DNA of 64,000 bases. It comes from Bilabrum cf. latius (lineage: Eukaryota). Made by a program: the position numbers and the translations under genes. Shown in pieces: positions 54,620 to 64,000 of this stretch. The stretch covers positions 434,001 through 498,000 of the forward strand of contig OZ237762.1 of assembly GCA_965178125.1 (NCBI GenBank), read 5' to 3'. How positions within the stretch are numbered: the first letter of the stretch is position 1; each line of letters begins with the position of its first letter. The notes beneath the pieces are model-generated. The model had not been told where the DNA came from. It ran no database searches and was given only the letters and a program-made list of their open reading frames with translations.

Positions 54620-57600
54620 ATGTCTCGAGCGATGTCTGAGTCAACATCGGTAGAACATGCGATTGAGGACGTAGTATCTGCACTTAGCAGCTTGGATCTC
54701 GAGAACGTACGTCAACTCGCAAATGCAGCGAGACGTACGGATCCTGCGGCAAGTATCGATGCTGTTTGTCAACGATTAGTAACTTAGATTAGAGACAGTC
54801 CGGCGCTGTCCGATTCTGAGGCTGCAGGGGCGCTGCAGGTGTTCGTTCTTGCTGCAAAGAGCAGCTCAGTGGTGGTTCACGGGTCGCCGCAACTACAGGT
54901 GTCCGAGCTACTGCAACATGGCATCATCATAGACAATAATGACAAAACGGTCGCTGCATGTGCATTGCTTTGGGGGGCGGGTGCCGCCCTCAGCCCTGCG
55001 AACATGACGTATACCGTGCCGCCATCGTTCGTTTGGGGCCATGTTGTTCACCGTCGCGCTCACGGTGAACAAAAATGTACGGTGCTTCATGCAATGGCTC
55101 ACAGCGGACGCGCTGCTGCGTGCGCCCTTCTGCTCGATTCCGGGATATTCACGGATCCGGAGGCCCGCACCCTTGCAGAGCCGCGACTAGCGGATACCAT
55201 CCCGGTGGGCACCCCGCTGCAGCTGGCGGTGCAGCAGAGGCACGTGCATGTCGTCCGCGTGTTAGTTGCTAGGGGGGCGAGCACCGAGCGCAAGGAGATA
55301 ACGACTGGCCTCGCAATGCGAGACATTACTGTGGAGTCCCACAGGATCGACGGCGGGAGGCGGGTGGGCGATCCACCACCCATTGAGGGGGCGGCAGCGG
55401 CGGTTCCGGCACAGCCCGTGCATTATGGCATGCAAGGACAATTAATGAACCTGCTTGGCGGAAATTACGGCTTCGGACCCCCGGGTGTGCATCATCATCA
55501 GCAGCATCATCAGCAGCAACAGCAGCAAGCCGCTCAACCTAGACCCCCACCCATCACCGAGGAGCTCGTGCGTGCGCTCTGCTCCAAGGAACAAGAGAGC
55601 GAGCGGGCGGTGGCCACTCGTTTCTTCCTGTTGGCGGCTATGGCCGCGAAGGAGATTGGCGCCCTTGCACTCGAGAAGGACGTGCTGGGCAGGATGATCG
55701 TCAACACGCCCAAGTGGCAGCACAACCGGAGGCCAGACCACGGCCAGGCCACGCCAGCAGATCGGGCCGCCTTCAACCCAGGAGCGGGGCCTCACACGCT
55801 GTCAACCCCGCCTTTGTTTCCGATGCAGCAGAGACAGTACAAAGTGAACTAGATGTTCAACGCGAGCAAGAAAAACAGGCAAGCGGCCCTGGTGGCCCTG
55901 ATGGATGACATGGGCGTCTCTGCCAGTGGAGGAGGGCAGGCTCTCGGCACCTCGACCAAAGCGCACGCAGATGTCTACAAGATCACTAGGCTGCCCGAGC
56001 GTTTTGAGAAGTCGCTCTCTTACATGAGCCCCGGCTCGGAGGCGCAGCTCACCGCCAGGAACTCTCTCGGGGCCATGCCCCTCCACTACGTGGCGTGCGC
56101 GCTGAACGATGAGGAGTCCGACGTGAGGCTGTGGGCGACCCTGGCCCTGCTTGCGCTGGTGGACAGGCAGCAACAGGATGAAAAAGAGTGGATGGACAAG
56201 GCACGAGCTAAGGGCCAGGCGGAAGACCTCCCCTCTTTGCTGCAGGAAGCCAAAGAGGAGCACGAGCTCAAGACGTACGGCCCAGAGTGGGCCGTCAGTG
56301 ATGAGGAAAAGGAGGAATCGGCTCGAGGCATGAGGAGGCTGGTGGGCCTGGCGCAGCAGCTACTGGCCCGAGCGACCGGGGTGGAGCCCAAGATCGTGCT
56401 TGGCGATGCTGGAGGCATTTAGACTGATGCTGGGCTGGGAGCAGCAGGTGCTACGGCTGCTGGGGCCACTGGCGAATCAACGGCCATTGCCCAACCAGGC
56501 AGCTTGCCTGCAATCGCTGCAGGGGAGGATGGTGAGGTGGAGTTCCAGGTGTCTTGGGTTGGCCACTCGCAAGGCAACCGCCGCCACGACTTTGATCTTG
56601 GTATTGTCCACGCGAATCCGACCGGAAGCCCGACGGGGCGCGGCAAGAGGGCCTCCACTGCCCTAGCAGCTGCTGCCAAGCAAATCATGACCGGTTCTCT
56701 GCAAAAAATCCATGCACAAGTTGGAAAGCCTAGCCCCGGCGCGCATGGTGGTAACCAGGGGTCCGGGGGTGGGAAGGGCTGCGGCAAGCCAGCCATGAGC
56801 AGCAAGGGGATGATATCTGCGGTCTTGGCTGCAAAGGCATCAACTTCAATGCAGCAGTCTCACGCGGGCGGGCCTGTGTCTTCACTGCCTGGCATGCTGG
56901 CCGGTGGGGACGTTAGCCTGCCTGGACTGTGCATGCCAATCGACGGCATCGCCGTAGCGCAGCTTCCCGGTGCGCAGCCCACGAACGGATACAGAGGTCC
57001 AGGTCCCAAGCCTCCGGCAGTAGCATCGCCAGGAATCGTGGTGGAAGCTACGGAGACCGCTGCAGCCAAAGTGATGAGAGCTGATCGTACCGCTGCAGCG
57101 GCTGCTGATGGGCAGCAGCCGGCTACCGCGGCCAAGTCCGGAGCCGGCGGCGGGACGGATCTACAGGCTCCTAGCTCGGCCATTGCACAGGTATCCTGTT
57201 CCATCTGCGCAGCAATAAAGGAGTTGGCCACCATCTGCAATGAATTGGAGCGCGCAACCAGCGGGCAGGCAGGCGCAAGTCCGAGCCCTGGCGACGTGGA
57301 GCGTCGCATGCAGGAAGCCTGTCGCGAGCTGGAGGTGTTCGTGTCGAGTGGGGCCGCACCGGACTGGGCACAGTTTGGAGCTGGTAGTGTTCTCGGGGCG
57401 CTGCGGCAGGCGGCATCCATGCTCGTTGCGCATGCGGCGATGAAGGCCGTGAGCATGAGGTATCCCAACGGCGCTTTCCCAGATTAGAGCAGGAAGCTTG
57501 CAGCTGCGTCGACCGTGAAACAATCTGCTGGTACATCTAGGGCACCCGCTGCTAGTAGTGGCCTACCTGCGTTCAAGCCGGGCCCGAGGCTTGACACGGC

Positions 57601-60427
57601 TCTCTGCACACCATGGTTGCGAGCAATGGGCTGGATGGGCGCGGGCGGGCGTGGTAGTCGCCGACCGCCTGAAGCAGGCAGCTTGCTGCTTCTCACTGTG
57701 GGCCTGCGGCCGTTTGAGAAGGACGTTTGCCCGGTGCCACGACGGCCTGTGGACTATCGGGCGGAGTTTGCGGGCGGGGAGGGAGGCAGGGCCGCAAGGG
57801 AAGAAGAGCAAGGCTTGGTCGTGCGGAGGAGCGGACCTGAAGACGACGGCTCCGAGACAATCACCACTTTGGACGCAGCAACGAAGGCGCGTGCAGATGG
57901 GAGGACCGAAGTTGCCGGGCAGATCATCGCTATTGCATCACGGGCGAGTCACGATGAGAGGCTACGGGGAATGCTTTAGAGGCTGGGCGAGCTGGGCACG
58001 ACCGAACCCCTGTACGTGTCGCTCATGACTTGCCCCCCTTCGAGACCTCTGCAGATGGCTGCACAGTCTGCACTGCGAGAGGCATGCTTCAGCCGGGGGC
58101 TCGTTGCAGTGGCTGGTCTGCTGGAGGCCGGGGCGCATGCCGACGCTGCTCCTTCAACTGCAAGCATGGACACTTGCCGGCCGATTCAGGCCGCCGCATC
58201 AGCGTATGACCATGATCCAGAGGGTGCTCTGGACAAAGTTCTGCTGCTTCTCATGCGCGACGCTTTGCTGCGGGGCAGCTTTGACGGTGTGCAACGACCG
58301 AGGGCGCACATAAACAGGCATCGCATTCTTGTGGCAGCTGCTGCTGCACGCGCTCTCACCGGCACAATCGTGGGAGATCCTTTGGCCGTTGTGCCAGTCC
58401 TGCCTGGCGATGGGGAGCTGGGCGTACGGGCCCCTGAGGAAAGCCCAGAGCAGCGAGCCAAGACTACTCAGCTCCTCGCGCATCTGCAGCAGGGCGTCGA
58501 CGAGCTCATGGCAGGCGCTGGCATCGATTTGGAGGGGGTGCTGGCAGACCTGCCGTCAATGCAGGAGCACGTGCAGCCACAGGATCTCGTGTTCGACGGG
58601 TTCGGTATCCCGGCCACGTACGCGCACCAGCGGCGTCCTGTCCCCAGGTCCAAATTGTCTGATCTCCTTGGCAGCCTGTATGGCTCCGACAAGAAGTCAA
58701 TCCCGCCCATGACGTCCACGTCACCCGCAAAGCAGCCCGGGAAATCGGATGAATAGCCCAAGCCAGCTGTTGGCCGCACAAAGGCTGCAAGAGACTCGAC
58801 GAGCTCGAAGAAGAAGATCACCAGCGGTTCTGCCAAGAAAAGGGCCATGGCTCCAGGGTTAAAGGTAGGAGTAGTAAGCAAGGGCGGTGGCAGCACGGTC
58901 TCGATGGAGCAGGTTGACCAAATGAATACGCTCCAAGATCGCATGGGGGTCCTTACGGCAGAGCGGACTGAGAGGTTGAAAGAAGCGTTCGGACAGGACG
59001 ATTGCAGCGGATTTGTGCTCAAGGATGCACTTAGGAGAGCCTACGGGACCCGACCCGACCTGCTGCAGCTAATCCTGGACCAGCTTGGGGATGTAACACC
59101 GCAGGGGGATGACTCTGACTCTGAGCTCGAGCGAGCCATCCTTGCCGGTGTCAACCTCGTTTAGGAGGCAGTCCAGCGGTGGGACCGAACGAGACAGGCC
59201 ATCTAGCCATACGATCACCAAGCCCCAGCGCATCACCGTGGACTAGATTTTGAGGAAGAGGAAGAGGAAGAGGAAGAGGAAGAGGAATAGGAATAGGAAT
59301 TGGAATTGGAATAGGAATAGGAAGAGGAAGAGGACGCGAGCTTCGGAATGGCGCCTAGGCCACCTGGGGGCGACATCGCCACGCCCCAGGTCGGTTGGGG
59401 TACGTCTGGTGACCCATTCCCCGAGCCTACCACTGAAAAGGCTCGCGCGCGGAGCATCAGCGGGGTCCGCCCTGCGCATCCCCGTGACCAACCATGGGGT
59501 GTGAGGGATCCGCAAGCGGATGCCCGTTTTGATGCACAGGACTGGGGCGCTCACTCATGGGGTGATGTTGAGCCGCAAGCTTGGAGCAGTTTACGGGACG
59601 AGGGAGACACTAGTTTCGGTGCGCAGAACCAATGGGGCGCTCCAGCTGGTGACGGCTTGGAGGGGCTCAAGACGTCAGGCTAGGAATAGTAGGCACCGAC
59701 CGACGATTGGGGGGAATAGCCGATGCAGATTGCCAAGGATAAGGGGCTTGCGGCTACCCAGTGGGGAGGAGGCTCCGAAAGAGAATAGATAGCCCAACAG
59801 CAAGCACGTGCCATCGCTGCTGCGCAGGAGCAGGCGGATCAGATGCAGCAGATGCGACAGGTGCAGCTGATGCAACAGATGCGGCAGATGCAACAGATGC
59901 AGGGCATCTAGGGGCAGCTTGGGCAGCAGCTGGTCTAGCCGGTTGCACCTGCTCCCGGCGCGTCAGCAGTCCATGGTGGGGATTTGCAGTTCAACCATGC
60001 CCTCACCCGAGCAATGCACGGAGGCAGTCAAGGAGGCACCATTGGATTGATTAGTTTGGACACAGCACGCTCCGGTCCAGCCAAATAGCCTGCCTGGCAG
60101 AAGCCAACGAAGAAGCCAAAGCAGAAGCCGAGTCCTGCAGACGCGATCCAGGCATCTCACGCCCGTGGCTCCAGCGCCAATCCCGACTGGCTGTACGCAG
60201 GCATGGGCGAGAGAGGCGAGGCCGCTCAGATCCGGGCCATTGTGCACGCGGCCTACGCCACGGACCACGACAGGTACTTGCGGTGCGTGCACGCGATGGG
60301 GCGGTGGAGGGCGTGGCGGTTCTGGCTTCGGGGGCCCGAGGACCGTGCAAGGAGGCTGGTCGAGTTTAGAAGGGCGGTAGGCGTGCAACGGAAAATGAAG
60401 GCGGGGCAGTCGGCGCAAGGGACTTGA
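54620..60427 (+). CDS. Ankyrin-repeat protein, ~1,935 aa, with acidic, WG-repeat and Gln/Met-rich C-terminal regions
   Basis: Ankyrin motifs TVLHAMAHSGRAAACALLLDSG, GTPLQLAVQQRHVHVVRVLVARGA, GAMPLHYVA and SALREACFSRGLVAVAGLLEAGAHAD. ORFs 54839, 55853, 56504, 57515, 58016, 58847, 59348 and 60203 share one frame joined by TAGs. It ends at TGA 60425-60427. Confidence 0.8.
59252..59335 (+). repeat. Coding hexamer microsatellite (GAGGAA)n with TAGGAA and TTGGAA variant units
   Basis: Direct reading: GAG GAA repeats, then TAG GAA x2, TTG GAA x2, TAG GAA x2, then GAG GAA, all in frame within the ankyrin gene. Confidence 0.9.
59856..59905 (+). repeat. Degenerate 9-nt repeat (ATGCARCAG-like) encoding a Gln/Met-rich tract
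   Basis: Part of the in-frame QMQQMRQVQLMQQMRQMQQMQ tract. Confidence 0.7.
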
Positions 60428-60690
60428 AGTAGGCGCAGTTGAATGGGTGCTGTGGGGGCATCGCTTACTTGAGTGTACGCTCTGCCACTGTGTGGAGAGC
60501 GATGCAGCGGGAGTTGAATCGATCAAGTACCTTGAATGAATGCTGCCCACTACTGGAAATCATCACCGCCATCAAATGGGTCATAGCTGTCATGCAGCTG
60601 TGCATTTGATTCATCCCTGGGTTGTGTTGCCAGTTGGCACGGTCTGCCCTCCGGAGTCCTCCCCCATGCAATGCTCCCCCATCATGATTA

Positions 60691-61660
60691 TCACGAACCG
60701 CCACCCTTCGCGCTCCCTGCGCTGCCGTCGTCTCCGGCCCCCGCATCGTCTTCCTCATCGAATGGATCTTGTCCCGATGCACTCTTCCTCATAAGTTCTT
60801 TCATCTTCTTTACCTCTTCGGCGTAGTGCGCCTTTCTCCATGACTTGAAGCCAGCTTTCTCCCCTGCCTCGCCAGACTGCGATTCCTCCCCTGCCGGACC
60901 GGTGCCACCCCCTTCCTCCCCACTATCCATAGCAGAGGCACCAGAAAAGCCGACCCGTGAAGATCCTGCCATTGGAACCTGCGCAGGTTCTGTGCTTGGT
61001 ACAGCCGGGGGCAAGGCCGGGGCTACGGCGGCTCCATCATCGTCCTCGTCGTCGTCCCAGTCATCTTCTGCATTGTGGTCACAGAAGAACAAAGTAACTA
61101 GCACAAATCGTCGGAAGCACTCACCATTGAACGGCCTAAACCCCTCTCAAGTACACAGGCAAGACATGACCATCCGCCTTCTCACCATCTCCGTTGCCTG
61201 CCACGTATGCCTCGCCCATACTTGCCTGAAGCTCGGCCCATTCATCAGCCATCGCAACACCACCACCGGAGCCTCCAAGGGCGGAGCCAATAGACCGGTC
61301 TTCGTCGCCTCCTTCTGCGGGGGGACGGATGACTGGCGAGCAGTTGCAGCAGTTGCTGTTTGACGCTGGCAACTGGCCCAATGTAACTCAATGCCGCACC
61401 AAATCAAGTTAAAACTTACCTAGACCAGTTCCTCTCTCATACGGAGTCGGTGCCTCATCAATCTTCATCCGTGTGCCCCTCTCAGCGTCGTGCTCAGCAA
61501 TCGTCGGCTCATCCCACTTTATGCCGCCCAAGCTTCGCTTTTCTCGAGGTTTCGACTCGTCTGCACGTTTCCTTAGAATACCTCTGGTTAACTTGTGGCT
61601 GGAGCCGGTACTGGCATCCATCGCGTCGCTTGGATCCATGACTGAAAATGATGCAGCCAT
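60691..61660 (-). CDS. PPP1R2: Protein phosphatase 1 inhibitor-2 (IPP-2/GLC8 family), ~248 aa; exons 61660-61420, 61314-61186 and 61067-60691
   Basis: All hallmark motifs in order: GILRK (SILK-type), IKWDE, MKIDEAPTPY and FKSWRKAHYAE. Predicted introns 61315-61419 (GTAAGT..CCGCAG) and 61068-61185 (GTGAGA..ATGCAG) keep the frame. It ends at TGA. Confidence 0.88.
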
Positions 61661-61740
61661 CGACCAGACATCAATCTCAGGGGGTATGTCTGTTTTTTTA
61701 TGCAGTATTTGTAAATTATATTGTTAGCTCCAGGAATATC

Positions 61741-61813
61741 GGGCGTATAGCTCAGTTGGTAGAGTGTCTGCTTAGCATGCAGATAGTCCTGGGTTCAATT
61801 CCCAGTGTGTCCA
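61741..61813 (+). tRNA. tRNA-Ala (anticodon AGC)
   Basis: Cloverleaf: acceptor GGGCGTA/TGTGTCC with the G3:U70 alanine determinant, D-arm GCTC/GAGT, anticodon arm TCTGC-TTAGCAT-GCAGA, T-arm CTGGG-TTCAATT-CCCAG, discriminator A, no encoded CCA. Confidence 0.95.
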
Positions 61814-61816
61814 TTC

Positions 61817-61821
61817 TTTTT
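61817..61821 (+). terminator. RNA polymerase III T-tract terminator
   Basis: TTTTT begins 4 nt after the tRNA 3' end. Confidence 0.7.
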
Positions 61822-62017
61822 GTAATTATTTTTATCTCATGGTTTCTGGTGCATGCATGCAGCCCATGCGAGCCATGACTAGGCATGAGTTACCGCCAGA
61901 ATAAACGTTCGGATGATGTTTCTGGCGATCCGTTTGCGTGGTGCACAGATGAGTAAAGCATATTTCGTGTCTTGCCACAGTGCCACCTGCATGCCGGTGA
62001 CTCTGATGGAACGTGGT

Positions 62018-64000
62018 TCAGTTCTGCATAGCACACGCAATGGCCGTGACCGTTGCCGCTACTACTGCAGCGGCACCCCCGATTGCTGCCCTCGCGCTTC
62101 CGTCATCGTCGTCATCGTACGAGGTGTCGGGGAAGTCGTCCGACTCGCCCTCCGAGGCCGTGCCGCCTGCAGGCCGAGAGGGGTCCTCGAGCGCGCTGTC
62201 CTTGTTCGCGGTCAGGAACGACTCGGTGGAGGCCAGGTCCAGAGTGCCATCGTTTGCCAGCGTGCCCACCTGGCCGGCAGCCGCCGCAGCCGCTCCGTCG
62301 GACTCTAGCGTGAGCCGGAGCGTGAACGTGGCGGTGGTGCCGGAGGTCACCACTGCCGTCACGGCGCACTGGTCCTGGCGGGCGCCGATCTGGCGTGTCA
62401 CGTCCTTGCAGATGCTGGTCTTGAGAGCCTCCTCATTGGCCCCTGCCACGAAGCCAGGCTTGATGTTGGTGAGGCGGACTTTGGCCACGCCCGGGGTGGT
62501 GGCTGCGCAGGTGGAGGGGAAGTCCGATGCTTGCAGTGCACTGCATCGCCCCAGGATGCGTTCCTTGATCGCCGAGGCCGCGGGATTGAACGACTGGTGT
62601 TGGTTCTGGTTCCCCGAGCCCATCGTACCGCGGATGGCAAGCTCAAAGAGAGTTCCGTCCCCGCAGCACCCAGACGCCTGCATGGCTGCTTCGATCGCGG
62701 CTGAGCAGTTGGCTGAGCAGTTTGCGCTTGAGGCTTCAACCCCCCAGTTGAACAGGTCGGAGCCCTGCATGTGGTCGCCAGGGTGCCGGGGCGCGTTCAT
62801 GCACGCCCTGAAGGCATCGTCCGCGTGCCGCATCATGAGGTGGATGCAGTAATCCTGACCCTGCTGCCCGCAGCCATACTGGATCCGAGTTGCATCGTGC
62901 TCTCTGTTCCCCACTTGGTCCTGCCCGAACGCGATGAAGGAGCGGCCGCAGGGGCTGCAGTAAGCCTGGATCTGGGCGTCCGTAGGCCCGCCATCACCGT
63001 CATCGTCCCCATCGCCCTCGTCATCATCCCCGTCGTCAGACCCTCCGCCGAACAGGCCCTCGTCCGCGAGCTCCGGGAGGCAGTACTCCGTCCCCGCGCG
63101 CAAGCACACAAGGTCGAGGGCGTGCTGGATGTCCTCCACCAAGGAGCCATCGTCGCCAGAGTCGCCATCATCTGCCGAATCGTCGCCTGAGGGCAGGCTG
63201 CTTAGCAGGGAGTACAGCTGTGCGAACTTGCGCGAAAACTTACGGCCGCAGCTCTGGGCTCCCCCGCTGCAGACCGTGCTCGTGTACGTTCGCAGCTGCT
63301 GGGGGCTGACCGAACTGTCCCCGCCGATCGCCCCGAGCGTCTTCATGATGGTGTCTTGGCAGTACTCGCCGTTCTCAGCCTGGATGCACATTCTGCGATG
63401 AGGTGATGGTAGAGAAGGACACTGGGTGGCAGTGAGAGGTGCTCCAATCAGCCTCGTCTGCGCTGCCGGTCCGGTAGGCATCGCCGGCGAATCAAGTCCA
63501 CCAGCTGCGCTGCAGCGCAAACTGTGACAACGAGCCAATACATGCGACTACAGAATTAATCAACGATTGGAATGGGAGCCGAGCCGGCGGGCTAGTACTC
63601 ATCTCACGCGTCCATCCGCACAGCGAACATCAGCACCATCGGGCACACGCCCTGGCTGGCCTGCTCCGGCGTGATGGTAGTCTGCGCATCAGCAAGCTTA
63701 TCAGCACACGTTGATGAGCAAATCTGATTGAAATCGGGTCCATCGTTGCCGCCAGTGCCCTGGAGTCTGCGCTGCGGCTGAGGCTGGCCTGACCCTCCGC
63801 TGCTATCACCGGGCCCGTCGTCGCCACCCTCATCATCGTCGTCCGGTAGCACGCCATCGCAGTCGTTGTACGCGTCGGCAATAATATCACAGCATGGCAT
63901 GCTTGGGTCTTCGTCGCAGATTGCCCCAGGATCGTCGCCTTGCAGGGCGCGAGCTTCGAGGTCGGCAGGGAGACGCTGACCACCACCTTCGCTGCCAGTG
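62018..64000 (-). CDS. Cysteine-rich repeat surface protein, probably GPI-anchored; 5' end outside the window; exons >64000-63608 and 63392-62018
   Basis: Repeated C-x2-6-C...C-x7-8-YC modules separated by Asp/Gly linkers, RRLQ and RALQ motifs, and a C-terminal hydrophobic tail (ARAAIGGAAAVVAATVTAIACAMQN) after an acidic spacer. Intron 63393-63607 (GTGAGA..TCGCAG) joins RMDA|MCIQ. It ends at TGA. Confidence 0.8.

Noticed and set aside
1-60427. A cluster of pseudogenes, or C-to-T hypermutation creating premature stops
   Set aside because: Decay or deamination would also create TAA (from CAA), TGA (from CGA) and frameshifts. I saw only TAG, frames stay intact for kilobases, and an essential gene (ribophorin I) is affected.
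61068-61124. Alternative inhibitor-2 donor GTGAGT at 61124
   Set aside because: Splicing it to the 61068 acceptor creates an immediate TGA and loses the RKxHY motif. The donor at 61185 keeps the frame.
61741-61813. Possible amber suppressor tRNA explaining the TAG readthrough
   Set aside because: The anticodon loop TTAGCAT centres on AGC and the stem has G3:U70, so it is tRNA-Ala. No CUA-anticodon tRNA was seen in the window.
1-64000. Prokaryotic or phage DNA with operons of short genes or amber recoding
   Set aside because: GT-AG introns that restore conserved motifs, eukaryote-specific genes (RPN1, inhibitor-2, zinc cluster) and a CCA-less tRNA with a Pol III terminator show a eukaryotic nuclear origin.
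1-64000. CRISPR arrays, transposons, integrated virophage or viral genes, rRNA
   Set aside because: I recognised no spaced direct repeats, terminal repeats, transposase, integrase, capsid motifs, extended AT-rich island or rRNA-like sequence.

Overview
Gene-dense, GC-rich eukaryotic (protist-like) nuclear DNA with short GT-AG introns, 11 protein-coding genes and one tRNA-Ala(AGC). The supplied ORF track is fragmented because the organism appears to use a non-standard genetic code. Dozens of in-frame TAG codons interrupt otherwise continuous multi-kilobase frames, often inside Gln-rich tracts and conserved domains. I found no in-frame TAA or TGA inside any gene body I traced. Nine of the ten visible gene ends are TGA and one is TAA. 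The best reading is UAG=Gln with UAA and UGA still stop, a rare split of UAG from UAA. Read this way, the window encodes: an ARM-repeat protein (5' part only); a Zn(II)2Cys6 transcription factor; a hypothetical protein; a ~4,100-aa cyclic-nucleotide-binding-domain channel with no GYG filter and a ~480-aa insertion in its CNBD; ribophorin I; a ~3,950-aa EF-hand/WD40 protein; an EF-hand-like protein; a 4-TM protein; an ankyrin protein with a WG-repeat/Q-rich tail; protein phosphatase inhibitor-2; and a Cys-rich, probably GPI-anchored surface protein (3' part only). The style suggests a heterotrophic stramenopile such as a bicosoecid, but this is a weak inference. All gene models were traced by hand and several start codons are uncertain.
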